Source: Ophelia neglecta (lineage: Eukaryota). Taken from it: 64,000 nucleotides of DNA. The translations under genes were made by a program, and so were the position numbers. The first letter of the stretch is position 1. Each line of letters opens with the position of its first letter. Where the stretch lies: positions 107,756,001 to 107,820,000 of the forward strand of contig OZ260661.1 in assembly GCA_965285935.1 (NCBI GenBank), written 5' to 3'. The notes under the pieces are model-generated. The model saw only the letters and a program-made list of their open reading frames with translations, ran no database searches and was not told the origin of the DNA. Positions 1 to 15,600 of this stretch are shown here, piece after piece.

Positions 1-329
1 ACAAATATATGCTGCGCAAATTTTAAACAAATGTACTTCACACACAAAACTGAAAATTGAATTATGAAGAGGTAAGTAACATAATGTATCACTTCTTAAT
101 CCAATTTTATAGACATTTTTTCCCTCATGAGAAAAATGTCCCTTCTACGCAACCTCAGGCAAACGTGAACTAGAATTCCATTTCAACCAGTTGTAAATAT
201 AACACTAAATATATTATAATGTAGACAACAATTACCCTTTTCGCCAATGCACTTAATTGGATATATGTAAAGCTATGAACAAAACTCAACATTTCAAACG
301 AAGGAGCAGATAAGTTTTCAAATCAGTGG

Positions 330-680
330 TGGGCGGGAGGTGGGGGGTAACAGAGTACGCACCGGGAACTGTCCCAGTATTAATTAGTTGCCCCAAAGCG
401 ATAAATAATTAATATTCCCATACTGATACTAGGCGCTCCTCTGCTAGCTTCTGCTGTCAGCTGTTGCTAGCCTACAAAACTTTTCCAATGCCGAGGCTGT
501 GGTATAGCCTGTTGCTATCAGGTGTCAGCTCTGGAGCTGTCCAGCCCAAGTACCCAAGAGCCTCGGCCCTGCCACACAATAACCTGTAACGTTACCGTGC
601 AACAGTCTGATTGGAGCCGCGCAAGGCTAGTCACACTTGGCACCGGGCGGAACGCGGCTATTATCAAACAGGATTAAATA
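330..680 (+). promoter_or_regulatory. Putative promoter of the ankyrin gene (CpG-rich; GC boxes, CCAAT, X-box-like motifs)
   Basis: GGGCGG at ~331 and ~645, CCAAT at ~485, ATTGG at ~610, GTTACCGTGCAAC at 591-603; locally CpG-rich upstream of ATG 832. Confidence 0.5.
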
Positions 681-831
681 TCATGTCTCGTTGAGCTTGT
701 AAACAGTTACAGTCTGCACAATGGGATTAACCTTTCATTGGGGGTCGGTAGTCATGTTTTTTCCGTTTTTCGGAAGGCTAGCTGGGGCATGAGTTTTTAA
801 GTACACTTTTAAGCGTTCTGCGGACTTCTTC

Positions 832-3552
832 ATGGATGTCAGCATTGACGACGTGCTGCTGAGGTTGGCCTTTTTGGGAAAGCATCTGGAGGTTAGAGAA
901 TTGTTCAAACACCGACGTGATGAACTGGACATGACTTACTCGGCTGAGGACGGCTCCACTGCGGTCATTCAAACAGTGCAGGGAGCCAGGGAGAAAAAAG
1001 GCTCCATAATAGATGATCATAGGAAAACTCTATACGCCTTGGTAGAAAATGGAGCTAATTTAGACGCTCAGGATAACCAGGGGCGGACAGTCTTACATTG
1101 GGCGATTCTCTACAAAAATGAGGCGATGATTAAAGAGCTGATTGCCCTCGGCGCTGACGCTGAGAAGGAAGACACTGAAGGACACACTGTGACCCAATTT
1201 GCCATCAGACACAACAGATTAGAGTGTGTGAAATTTCTATTAGACAAGTACCCAAGAAAGGTAGGATGATAGTATGAAATTAAGCTAAAATACTTATCCA
1301 TCTAAAAAAAATATATTTCAATTAATAATATATTTTGTGATTTCAGGCCTGTAGTAGCTGAGAGTTAAATCTCATTGTCATGAAGTTGACACAGTATAGG
1401 CCTATTGTAGCTAATGTGTTGTAGCTTATGTGTTGTAATACAAATTAACAGACGTCTAGTTCCCTGACAGTGTATATTTTCGTTCTTGGATTGCCAAGCA
1501 ACATTTTCTGCCTTACAAATTTTGGCACTGCCTAATTTCTTAATTGCAAGCTTGTTTGTATATTAAACAATGTGTAGGAATTCTTTATGATGGCTTGGCA
1601 ACCATGTATACCAGGTTACCATAGCAGGATCCCTGTAGACCATCAGTTTAAGCTGAAATGCCTGATAGGGGAATTGAGTCAGTCCATGGCACAGGAATCT
1701 TCATTGATTTTATCAATCCAATCATGCGAATCTGTCATTACTTTGATGATCAGGGGTTGTTGCCTGACTGCGCTTGGCGTTCTGACTGCATATGTCTTGA
1801 AATTAGCTTATTAATATTCAGTGATGAACTGGTTTAGAAGATGCTATAAATGATGATGGATATTTGCAGACAGTAATTAAAGTGAAGAAGTTAAGCATAG
1901 AGTAAGAATGAAGATACAGGTATAACTATAAGACACTTATGTTTGAATTAACTTCACTCTCTGCAGAATACCAACTGTAGTAAAAAATTTGCATGCATTT
2001 ACCCAAACCCCATACATAATTTATGTGTATGTGGCTACATCCATGTGCACAAATATGTTGTTTATCATTTAGGATTAGAGATGTAACATTGTTTAAATAC
2101 TGTAGCATTTGTATAACCAGCATCTCAGCTTATACAAACTAGAGAACTCCCAGTACAGTATGTGTATATATATTTGTGATACGTTTTGCACTCAATGCAA
2201 TTCAATACAACTACCTAGTATAGCAACTGATAAACCATGAATCTGAAACAATTCAACTTCCCCTTGCCTCAGTTGAGGAATCATATTTCATTGAATACTG
2301 TATACATTAAGTCCTAGTGTAACAAGCTCATTTACAAAATACTGCAATTTAAAATATTTAAAAGACTACTCAAATGTTAAAATGTTTTTCTCTTGTATTA
2401 CCATTGGAATGTAGGCTGAGATTTTTAGTCCAGATGGGGGAGGGAGGGGGGGGGGGCATGCAGGGGGGGGGGGGGAGAAAGCTGTTTTTCTACCAGGTTC
2501 AGATTCATATTTAGTTTATTCAACCAACTCAGGTACATAAAGGCCAATTTTGGCCTGAAAAAGCCACCTGCGGAAGCCACCTGTGTTTTCCTGTTGTATT
2601 GTCATCCTATGTATGAAACTAATGAGAACAAAGCAGAAAATGCTGGTGGCAATTGCTTTAATGTGCCTGAGAATGTTCACTTACCCAATTTAACAATTAA
2701 TATAAATAATTGTGCCCAAGACTGTATATTCATGTATAGGTTGTTGAAAACTTGATACAAAATGACCATGTGACCCAAAAGACCACCATAATATTTACAC
2801 AGCTTTCCTAAAGGCTTTGCTATGTGTGCTTGGAACAAGAAAATTGCACAAGCTTTGTTTGAAATCAAATAATAAGTTGGTGTTCATGGAAGCCCTATAG
2901 ATTCAGTGATATATACCCCCGGTTACTGTTTACTCTGCTTCTCAGACTAACTAGGGATAGTTTCTCATTTAATGTATATAGCCTATAGTTTATTTTGGCT
3001 TTAAGTTTAGTGTTTAAAGTGCCAACAACAATGTAAATAAATTCATTGGCAATATTGAAATGTATAAACACAAGCTTTTTAGCCTTAGGGTGCAACTGGT
3101 TTGACCAATATATCCCCAAACCGCAATTGGTCTCAAGAACATGGCATGTTGGATGTACACCAAATGTTATAATTACTTGCGGTAAACCTTTACCGGCAGT
3201 GTTATGCTATGCTCTATAAATGCATTATTAACACCTTGGCAAGTTTATTCAGTAGGAGGTAGCTGGTAAAAAGTATGCTCTTTTCAATTAGGCTCAGTGG
3301 AAAAGTACATGTCGAATTGTACAAAAAACCATGGGGTTTTTTGCCCAGGACTGCTTAGCAGGGCTAGATGTAGGAATCAATATGTATGTATATATATTTA
3401 TATATATATATATTTGTATATATATGGACATAAACATGTTTTTGTCTGAAAATGGATGGAAAGCCAAGCAGCCAGTTGGTTGTCATTGTATGGATACTAG
3501 AGATTTTCATGCCTGTTCAGCAGGCAGAGCTTGAAAATGTCCCTTATTACCA

Positions 3553-3610
<58 letters not shown>

Positions 3611-6600
3611 TAGCTGATGTTACATTTTGTGAGAGAGAGAGAGAGAGATTATTAGCTGATGTTACATTTTGTGTATTGGAGTGTGTCACAACTACAATGG
3701 CTTGTTGGTTAGTTATACCCAAAGTAATATTTTAGAAAAGTCTTTTCTATAGATCTTTTGCTGCAAGATTATTTTAGTTACTTTATAAGCCAAATCTTTT
3801 ATGATTCCTTTAATGCATTAATTTTGTTCAGTAATTATTTGAAATAATGGGCTAGCTAGGATTGATACTTGCAAAGAGTAGTCACCAGCAGGCAAAACAG
3901 ACAAGTCAATAACAGATATTGATAAACATGCGGTATCTATGTATGAGCATATTTTGGGGTTTGGCAATTACAAAACAACAGGCAGTACTTTGCACCTGTT
4001 AGCAGCAGATTTAGCCTTGCAGGCAAAGCTACTCATGTATAAATCAAATTAAATCACCAGTTTTCTGTTTGACACTTGTTTCACATTATCCATTAAGTGT
4101 CTGATTTCATCTATGAATGTTTGACTCTGTGCTAATTCATGGGTGTTAAACTATTAATATCTGATGATATAGATATATGGATATTATTAAATAGTTTTTA
4201 TACCAGAAAACCAGTGTTATAATTTGATGTACACTTATGTTCAACATACTAAAGTATTTAGGAATGTTTGATTAAAAAAAAAAAAAAAAAAACTATGAAT
4301 GAAGGACTAGAATACATATAACATTTCTCTGGTGCTAATGGTGTTAAGACATAGTTGACCCCTTTCATTATATTTTTTTTGGCTGATGAATCATTTTGAT
4401 AAACTTTATAACGTTTGAGAGACACACATACTATTGTATGTTTACAAAAATAAATTTTGATTTAAAATGAAAATAAAATATATTTATAAAATGACTTGAC
4501 AAAATGTGTACCGGTATCCATAACTAGTCTAAATATTTTGATCTTCAGAACATTACTAGGTCACAAGAGAAGGAGATTTGAGAGGTAATTATATGGTAGA
4601 TTTATGGGGAGTAAAACCTACATAAGTTAGGTCAGTTCAATTAAATACCCTAGGCATGGAAAAGCAGCAGAGATGACAGTAGTTCAACTGATGTTCATCA
4701 GAACATCTCTCCCCACAGAGAGCTGCTCTGGTTCATAACCCCTGCAACTTGTGGATAAAATGCCCAGTGTCCTCTGTCCAAAGAATATTCCACTTTACAT
4801 TATTTCCGGACATGTTAACTCTAGGAAACTGACCGATTCGTTTTGCCAGGGGTTTTGTCATTACAAGAAGTTCCTGCTGACATCAGATAGTGCTTGATAT
4901 CGCTTTAAGACATAGTAGTGAAAGGGAGTCCGGTGACAGGGGACAGGACTATAGTTCACACTTCAGTGTACCAGGAAGTGTACTTGGCACACTTCTATAT
5001 ATGTCAACACTAAAGTCACCTATGGCATTGAGGGTTAAAGGGTTAAACTATAAAATTTTTAGAACCCTGCTATAAAGGATTAAAGAATAATCCATAAAAG
5101 TAACTGCAGGGAAACCTGTAACTTAAGACCACCAAAGGGATTGGACAATACTGATCTGATTTTGAAGGTGGTCTGTTTAGACAGGTTACTTAACAATGAA
5201 AGTATACAGCAACATCCAAATATTGGTGGTCTGAATTGACAGGTGATCTGATTATAAATATGGTTTTAAAGGCAGGTTTCACTGTATAAATAGATAAACA
5301 TATTAACAATAAAACAATAATCTTACAATTTTAAGAGCTTACAATAAATGCAGGCAGCTTTAGTTATAAAGGTGAGAAAATATGAGTTATATCAGCAAAT
5401 AAACATGTTGACATTAATTATAACCCTAAATTTGTTCAAGTTCAAGTCAGGTAATTTGTCATCCTAAAAATGGCATTGATTATTGATAGTTAAAGTATCG
5501 AAGGCCAAATTATACTTATTTGGTCTTGTACATTGATTTACTATAGGCCACCTCACAGACCTGTATTTATATATTATATATATATGATATTCCTCTAAAT
5601 TTCTCTAATATACATAACTGCAGAGGATTTAATGCTACATGTGACAAATTGCTTTTTGGAGTATATCTTCATATGTAATTGCTTACAAATGAGTAAACAC
5701 TTATTTACAATATAACTCATTCAATGTATCATATATCTTGAAAATATAGAGGTGTGTGGAAAAGTGTCAAGCTTATTCTGTGGTAGCCATAAATTGATTA
5801 CTTGCTTCCCATGAACATCATACAATAGGCTGTAATGGAGCAAGCTTAATAAAACGTAATGAATGGTTACTATGGAACCTTCCCCCAGCAACATAGATCA
5901 TTTGTACTATTATATTGATGTTTTATAGTTAATGTTTTCGAAGCTCAAAGGCAACATTGGCCAATATTTATTTCTTAAATGTCTATTATAGTAAAGGGAA
6001 TAATTCCAATCCAATTATATTCATGACCTTTGAGTCCATAACTGCACTTGAATTGTTCACAATATTATGTAGGTTGCCACTAGTGAAAACTAATTCAGTT
6101 CAAAGAGGCAAAGTAGTAACATTTACAACTTATCTCCAGAAAAGTAGGTGTCTATTTGTACAACAGCTTGTTGTTTCTGTGTGCCATGTGTTGTAACCTC
6201 TGTCATCTCTGGTTGGCCTAATTTATGACCTCCCCCCTCCCACCCCTCACTCACCTGCTAGCTTCCCAGTTATGTTGCATCATACGCTTATTCATAGGAT
6301 GAATTTATTTATTAAACATATACTGGATTAGTTATATCAGTAACACACTCTTTCATACCCGTTTGCATGTTAAGCTGTATGGAACAAAAAATAGTCAGTC
6401 CTATAGTTGCACAAGTTTCTTTAGCTAAAATTTGCCTTGATGTGCCTCAGACAACAAAATAACCTTCCATATAACCAGTAGTACAAAAATGTACAAAGGA
6501 TACCCTTTGTCATAACCGGGATGCATTGAGCCATGTGTTTCGCGAATAGCAGACACCCGCGAAAATTACCTGCTCGCGAAAATTTCGTGTCTAAATACTA

Positions 6601-9600
6601 CTAGTTAAATCAGTTGCAACGCATGACATACTTCACTGTTTTGGTATTGAGCGCGAAGTTTTCCTGGCGCGAAAATATCCTGTGGGGATTCCTGCGAAAT
6701 TTTCCTGTCGCGAAATTTTCCTGGTTTACAGTATAGATCTAAGCATAAGAAGTATTAAATATAGTTTCTTAAGGGACATACAGAAGCAGCAGTAGGCCTG
6801 TCTTCAGTGATGCATTATGTTTCTTGTGTACTACTTAATTTATTGAGGTAGTCTTTAACAGAATAAATGTTAAGTTATACCCTACTGCCATCGCAATTGT
6901 CTATTTTAATATTACCCCTTTTCCAATAGAAAATAGAACATTCTCAATTATCCAAATCACCTTTTGCCTTTCTTCTCAAAAGCATTGATTTCTCAATGCG
7001 CAGTCCTAAGAGTCCCATTCTCAGTTATCAAAATAAGTATAAACATCCCTCAAGTAAAAAGAATTTCTGAAATAATGGAGTTGACCATTTATTTTACAAA
7101 CTATTTCAGCATTTTTTTACTTTTCATGGGTTTAATGTGAAATTACGTGCAATTTTGTTTCCTAACTTTAACTGCCAGAGTTCAGAATTACCTGATTTTA
7201 GCTGTGCAAATAATCAGACTAAATTCAGATCAATAACCTGACTGCTGGCAAATACTAAGAGACAATTTGATGTGATTGAAGGAGGCTGGCCTCAAAAGGC
7301 ATTTGTTGAACCAGCCATTCCTGATGCTTGACATGCAAGTCACAAGAAAAACAATTTCAGTTGTTTACTGGCCAAGGGCCCATCTGTTAAAAAGGAGTTC
7401 ACTGGCACATACATTTACCTAGTACTTGTGACCAAGTGCACTGTTAAAACTGGCCATAAAGTACATTGTAGTAGAGAATGGTAGTAGTGGAGATGTGTAC
7501 AAAATGTAACAAGGGAATGTCCTGGAGTCTCGAAAAAGTTAAAAAAGCCATGGCGTTCTGCACATATTTGCGTAACTCTACTACAGGAACATATGTCATC
7601 ATCTTTGAATGTGGCTGAGCGATAATAAATCCTTTGTGATGGAATTTAGTGTCCTGTATACAAAACAACCCTAGCCTTTTTAAAGACCTGATAATAAAAA
7701 TCTTTGGATATTAAAGCAAAATACTGGTAAATAAAATTTGAATTCTTCAAGTTAGGAGACTGAAATACCCAACAGCACATGAATTTATTCAAATTATTTT
7801 TCAAAATGTGTCATTATAATAAGTTTATACCTGGATATAGCCCTACCAAGTACATGAACATGTGCATGGTTGTTTTCTCCAAGGGGTTCAATCTTTAATA
7901 AAACAATCAGTCCCATGAAATAATATTCAGTATTGTTATTTCAGATTATAGACTTACCCAACAGTCATGGAACGACTGCTCTTATCTATGCAGTGAGGCT
8001 AGGGAACTATGAGGCATGTGAGCTGCTGCTTAAGTTAGGAGCAGACCCAGATGCTCAAGAACACCTCAAATCTGGCCGTACGGGACTACATTACGCCATT
8101 TACAATGAACAGAAAGAGATATTTAAACTACTTATCAGGTAAGACTAACTATTAACTGAAAAATATTTACACCCTTAAAAGTTTTTTTAAACTAGGTTGA
8201 CACATATTATAAGTCATGCTTTTCCTTGCAAAGAAGGTTCACTTCTTTCAATATTCACTGCTTACAAATCTGTCATAGGTGTCGTATATTAGACCAGCTT
8301 CTCTGCTGTATGAGAAACAGTTTATTTAATCATTTTCATGCAGGAGTCTTCCTTGGCAAAAGAAATGAAGAATCCTACACTGAAATACCAACACTGTTGA
8401 AATTGTTGGGCCTGGTACCTTGAAGACCCAAATAAATAAATATGTTAAAACTATAAAATAGTTCTAGGTTCGACATACTTATTTGTGTACTGTGGTGTAT
8501 ATACCTTGCATTTCATGTATGAATTGCTTCCAAATGCTTCTTTGCATTGCACATCAGTAAAAAAGATATGTACAGTGAAACCTGCCTTAAAGATAACCTC
8601 TGTAATCAAACCACCTGACAATTCAGACCACCTAATCAAAAACTACACTGTATATTTTCAATGTAATATAAACTGTCTAAACAGATCACCTCCATAATCA
8701 GATCAGTTTTTTCCAGTCCGTTGGGTGGTCTTAATTCACAGGTTTCACTGTATAAAGAACACACAGAGGGATGCCATTTAGTTTAAGAATAGGTTATTAT
8801 ATAACTTCAAAGAAAAACAAAAATAAAGTCCTCATACGTATAGTATATAGTATATCCTTCAGGCAGTATATCCTTCATGGAGCGCACTAGGTATGTGCCC
8901 ATAGTTAGGGACTTTGAATCATGTGGCCTGAACACTGACATTGTACACAATTGCTGAATCATTAATCCATTTCCTCTGTGCAGCGAATGCAATTATCTAT
9001 CTGTAGGCAATCTGAATACAGGAAAACTTTGACATGGAAAAGCTTTTTATGTGTTTTTCTATATTTGATATTTTCATCTTGATATCAATATCTGACAACG
9101 GTGTCATTTGCAAGATAATAGTGAGGTAACTGTTTTGTGAGTGTGTTTTTCTGCGTGAACTGCATATCACTGTAGTATACGCACTTAAAAAGACACAGAC
9201 GAGCTATTGTTAACAACTTTTGAATATTGTGGAGACTCTATTTTTACCAAGTGATGTCTTCATGGTTAAACTTTCTAAACTGTCCTGAAAATTTGCTGAA
9301 TTAAGGGAATGCTTTATCCATCAACAAACAAGGTTTATTTATAGGCCTATTAAATACAGGTACAATTAAAAATGGAGAGCAATTGCAATCTGTGTCATTC
9401 CCAAATAAACAAAATTAATTTTGTGAAAAAATGCTTCTACACTTCCAAATGAATCTTGATCATGATAAGGCATTGGTTTTAGGATTTCGTCATCGTCATT
9501 GTTAATCAGTTTGTGTAACTTATTGTACAGTGGTTTATTAAGTACAAAATATTATTATTTATATCCTTTACCTGAACGGTGAGTTGTAGAACTCATCAAT

Positions 9601-12600
9601 ATGTGGTCAGTATTAACTATTAATAGCGCTTTCTTAAACCACCCAATTATTTAGACATGGCATTGTTATTGAATTAAACTGGTGAAATTATCAACAAGGC
9701 AATAAGAAACGCAAGGCCCCACCAGTGAAAAGGGATAGTGAACATGTCAGTTAGAATCCCTCCTGGCAAAGTCAAAGCAATACTGTGTCCCCCCTCCCCC
9801 TTGCAAAGTCAAAGCAATACTGGGTCCCAACCCCCCCCCCCCCTCCTGGCAAAGTCAAAGCAATACTGGGTCTCCCCCCCCCTGGCAAAGTCAAAGCAAT
9901 ACTGGGTCCCCCCCAACCCCCCAACCCCTGGCAAGGTCAAAGCAATACTGGGTCCCCCCCCTGACAAAGTCAAAGAAATACTGGGTCCCCCCCCCTGGCA
10001 AAGACGAAGCAATACTTGGTCGCCCCCCCCCCCTTAAAAAACGAATAGGTTCGCATGAAATGGCGAGAAAAGGAAAAATACAAATTTAGCTCAATTTGCC
10101 ACTAAAAATCTCATATGTGGGAAAAACAAAGAACAAATTTTGACTTTGAAAAAGCAAATGGTGGCAGTCGGGGCGGCGGAGCTAGTGGCCATTTTTCATA
10201 TCCCCCACTTTTTTCAAAACAAGGGTGGGGGCAATAATCTCGTAGGGGATATAGTTTTCCTTATTTTTGATTAATTGGTTTCGATGAATAAATGTAAATG
10301 TTAAATACCATTAGGCAGTTAACCATAAAGATGATATTAATTGTTGACCATGTAGACTAATAAAATTGAACAGTATGCCACACAGCAAGTTGTTTAAATC
10401 AATTAGGAGTTAACATTATTACTAGCTAGAAATCAGAAAAGCTGGTGAAAAATAAAGAGGTTGAGAAAAATAATAATGGCCTTGGCATGCCAACATTGAT
10501 CTGTTCAGTAAAGATCCTATATGTCATTCCCCTTACTTAAGCAATCACAGACATTATTCAGATTATTAAAGGTACAATCTGGTACTCTCCTTTACAATGA
10601 TATATTTGTTAATATGAATTGCTTACATTAGGTGTGACAGAGGAACATGGTCACCAGGCCTTCATGTTTCTTAAAGGGATTGCCGATCAGGTACTTCAGT
10701 GTTGACATATACGGTGGCATTTGCTCAGCGAACAATATTGCATTGATCGCACCTGCTAGGGCTGGGAGGCACTACGAGTGAAACCAATAGGGCTTGGCAA
10801 AACACTGAAACCTTGTTTCCATAACTCACAAGGGTAGTATGTACGCATGAAGTCACACATTGACTATCAACAGACAAGACTGGAGATAGATTCCATGTTG
10901 CTATGGGTACAACTGACGGGATAGAGCTGGACAGTAGCTTTCAGAAAGTAGCATTTTATTAAAACTTGGTAGAAAGGAAATTTCAGAATCATTTGATATG
11001 GCATGTTGTGTGTGTGAGATATAAGCGAAACAAGATACACAAAAACCACCATATTGTTTGGTCATGTGTCGACAAGGTATAAGACCTTATTCGGTTATCT
11101 ATTACAAGAAGGATCATCTGTGGGCCATGTCACTATAACTTGGATTAAGGTGCTTGTTTTTCTATGAGATCAACCTGCAGCCGTCACTGAAGTGGTTTTT
11201 ACTAATCTTTCACATCAAAACTGTTTCTGAAAAGTGTGAAGCATTGTAAGAATGGAGAAGATTTTCTGCAAATGGTACAGGATATTTTTAAAGGTGATGT
11301 ACTGTTTCATACATCAAAGATCTAATAATTTGTTCCATGGTTTTCCAGATTTCTCAGAACTGCTAACTTGTCATAAACTATAACTAAAGTACCTTCTTGT
11401 ACAGCAGATCTATTTACAGGTAATCTTCTGGCTAGGTCAGTGATCTATTAAGTAAACTATCTGAACACTATGGAGTATAGACTAGTATAAACAAACTGTC
11501 AAACAGTTTTTGAAGAGAAAAAAAATAAAAAAATATATCATTTGCTATAAAAACTAATTGCAACTTGTGGCTTTATGCACAGTAAGCCTTTAAAAGTTCA
11601 AAAAAGTGCAATATTCTTCCAATTTGTTCATACAATTTGTTGTTTTTATGGCAGTGAACAAATTCGTCCTTAGAATTATTTTTCTAGAAGAAAGTGTATT
11701 CATACACCCACCAATGAAAGGCATGAGACGATAAGCACTTGTCGTTCTTTACTCTATGACTGTGTTTAATACTGCTTTATCCATTTTGGCCTGGCAGGGT
11801 TGAATATGTTTAGAAATATTGACTATTAAGTTGGCTGGTTATCTTATGTATGAGAGGATTTCACTTTTAACATATTTGCTCGATTATAGGTGCTAGCCTA
11901 TAATTGTATTTGGCTATTATTTTATTAATCATTATAATATCCAGGGATTAAATGTTGGGGTTGCCCTTTTGCATTTTGCATAAAGGAATAATGTAGACTA
12001 CTGCATGCATGTGCAACATTCACATGAGGGAATTTAATTTTCACATGTATGATAAAAATGAATGAGCCTAAAATAGTCAAGGCAATTGACTAAGGGGTAT
12101 TCCACTGACCAAATCACAAAATATACTAGGAATTGTCATATTCAATACTATATGTACAGCATTTATGATACATGATATTTGTCTAAAAATTGATGTTATT
12201 CTTTCAGTGTCAGTCCCCCTATTTACATGTATTCCTACTCCATTTTACTTGTATGTGCTGTGTTTGCATATTCCATGTACCCAGTGTGTAATTTTACTAT
12301 GATTCTACATATGGATTTCTACCATGATTTTGCTTGCAGATTGTTTGAGAGGCATGTTGTACGTGTATGATAGACGCATATGTACATGTATGATGGTACA
12401 TTCCTCTGCAAAATGCATAACAATTATCTAGTTATGTTGTACATTTTATTTTTCTCTTTTAAATTTGTTGCCAGTTGGTTGAATATTATGTTCATGATTT
12501 CGGTATTTGCATCTCCGTCTTTATGACTAATGCTCTCCCCCCCATATATGGATGTATGTACATTGTTTAAGAACAACAGCTCAACAGAACATTCCTTAGT

Positions 12601-15600
12601 TTACTTTTTGACTGTCAGAGATTCTTTGTTCCCTAGGAGCAAGTAAATTGTATCGAGCTTTTTCTAAATTCAAGAGGTGCTGATATGGAATTTAGTTCTC
12701 ACATGGGGTGTTATAGTGGTTTTGGTTTATCTCATGAATAAAACAACAGATGCCATAAAATTCAAACCCCTAAGTTTTTCTGACCTACAAGGCCCACTAC
12801 ATGATCATCAGTAATTGCCATGCCAACCTATTGCCTAGTAACAATGTTTTCAATGGGTTTGTATACACTGGTACCTGTACTGTGTAGTATTATGGGTTTG
12901 CCCTATTTACAAGAACAATTAAAAGTCCAGTAGATATGTATGCCCAAAATATAAAGTGCTTATCTGTAATCTGCAATTTAATATGTAATGTGATGGTTTC
13001 ATCTAAGGTTTAAACCAAGTAAAACAATCTTTAGTTAACTATGAATGGTAGTTTACATGTACATCTGGTATAAACCTATATGCAAATTATTCTGCAGCCA
13101 CATCCCTAGCTATGCAAGTTCAGTTCTCGTGGTTTGTTTGGATTCAGATTTAGTAAACCATTTTCCCTTCAGGAAATAAGCCCATATCAACACCAAAAAT
13201 CATATCTAGGTATATTTGACATGTTGAATGTTTTGAATCATATTCAAATAATTTCCAAATGTGATTTTTGTGGTGTAAGAGGCAACCTTGACCTTCATTT
13301 AGGACTTGTGCAGGACTTAAATCATTATAAGAAGAGATTCTTTAATCTGTTTACTTAAACAGAATATTGATTATTGGTCCTTGGCATGGAAAGACAGGAC
13401 ACAGAGTAGCAATCTGAGTAACTAATTATTACAAATAAAAGTTCAGAAAATCATTATGTTTTATTATGTAAACGAAATGTATATAAAGAAAAACAATGTT
13501 GTGCAGGTGATAAGGATATAAACTGCAGTTAATTGATATGTAACTGGGTAACACAATTTTGCAGCAATGAGTAGCTCTGAAGGAATAGGAAGAACAACAG
13601 TATGTTAACAATACAAGGGTCCACTGAAAGAACATATCCTCTTTGTCTTTCTGGATAAATTTACACTGGCCTTTCCATCATTGGCTGTTAAGAAGTAAAC
13701 TGGATTTTGGACAATTTTTTTAAAGTCCAACCTTAGACCTAACACAAACAAGAGGCCTCCATGCACCCTCTTTTGTCTGGATTTTAACCTTTGTACATAC
13801 ACTAAATTGTCTTGAACTAAAATTAGATATATTTGCAATTTGATAAGGAAAGACTTTGTAGGGTAAGTATATGTTTTTAGTGTCAGAATGTGAATGTTCT
13901 TTGATTGTCTAGATTCTAAACCAGATGTTTTACCAGGCAATTTTTTATTGGTTGTTTGGCTGGATTGGTCTTTTAAAATGTCAGGTCGCCTTTTTCATTG
14001 AGTTTGCTTTGCACTCAATGAGATGACATTTAGAACTTTATAAGAAAATGACTCTATAGAATACTCTACCCCAAAAGACTGAGCCTTACTGATGTGTCAC
14101 GTGTACTTAATGAATTTTTCTAAGCTAATATTGTTATTGTTTGGAGAATATATAGGTTTCAATTCATAGATATCGATCTAAAGTAATGATAACGAATGTT
14201 CCTCAGAAGATATCATCTTTTCCCTCAGGATCAATAATGATCTATTGGTATTCACATGGGCTTACTCAAATCTGTTCTGAAAATAACAAGTAATAGGGAC
14301 AGCAATCTTGACTGGTAGGCAAACATTTAATTTCCAGCCAGTGGCATAGCTTCCTATGTTGCTAGGCAGAGATCATTCCGGGTGAAATGGCCCTTGGTTT
14401 CAAGAAGTATTTCTATAAAAACAACAAGATACAATGCAAAAATATTCAGTGTGAACTGGGATTTTTATGCATTTAGTCTGAACATTTCATGAAATTGCCT
14501 TGACAGCATAAATCAACATTCCAACAGGACACCATATTTTGGATACTCTTTAATGAATCACTTTAGTTGGTTTGATCAGTGTCATTTAGTCCCAATTTTC
14601 ATGAAATATTATTCTGGAAACTTAGAAAATAACTTTTGAAACCTTTTTAAGTGCATTTTTTGTAACTTGTTAATCTATTCAAATAGGTTAAATTCTGCAT
14701 GTAGGTTAATAAATTGTGTAATTGAATCTGTTAGGCTCCCCAATACATGAGCCACACACCAAGGGCTATTCCACAGGCATGTCAATGCGCCGTACGGATC
14801 ACAAGGGAATTCCTATATAAATCATGAAGCAAATAGTTAAATGTGCCAGTAGCATATATTGTGACTTATTAACATTGCCGAAGGACTTAGTTCCAGTGTG
14901 TCCTAGCACTAGTCATGACTCAAGTTGCCACTTAGGTTTGCTGCTAAGAGAGGCAACCCTTAAGCAATGACGATATACACTTTTTGTTCTACCTTACTAA
15001 AGAACATGTTGTTGTGTTTGGAATAATCATACAAATACCAAGGAGATAAGAAAATATACTGGAAACCTGCCATCTTTTTATCATTTTCTCACTACGAAAC
15101 ACAATACATTCTTACTCCAGATCTATTAAAATAGCAATCTACTCACACCAGACATGTGCTGGTCGTACCTCATTTTATAATTATACATGAGTCTGTATAG
15201 ACACAACGTCATAGTTATGAGGATACTGTCAAAACATGAAACACAAATGATCAATTCCTCTGAAGGTGCTTTGTTAATTGATCGGATTTTCATCATCTCA
15301 ATGTTAACTTTGTTGTTTTGAATATTACATTAATGTCATTGCATCATTGCATTATGTTTAAATAATAATTCCTTCTTTATATTTCAGGGCTGGTGCGAGG
15401 GCTGACATACCCGACTGCCACCGTAAGTGTGTTATCCATAAGGCGGCTTATATTCCTGACGTTTTCTATCTCCAATCCATAATGTCTAGCCTATCTGACA
15501 GTATGACCTCCATGGAGGCAGAGAATGCTGACGGAGCCACCCCCCTCATGCTTGCCTGCCAACGTGAGGAGATTGAGCATGTCAAGGAACTGCTTAAAAA

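Noticed and set aside
2436-2476. Long G/C homopolymer runs here and at ~16935, 33721, 40567, 43420, 49115, 49942
   Set aside because: Common subterminal remnants of MITEs; lengths are unreliable and no specific function is supportable
9738-10037. Pro-rich and Gly-rich ORFs
   Set aside because: By-products of the tandem repeat; no splice or homology support
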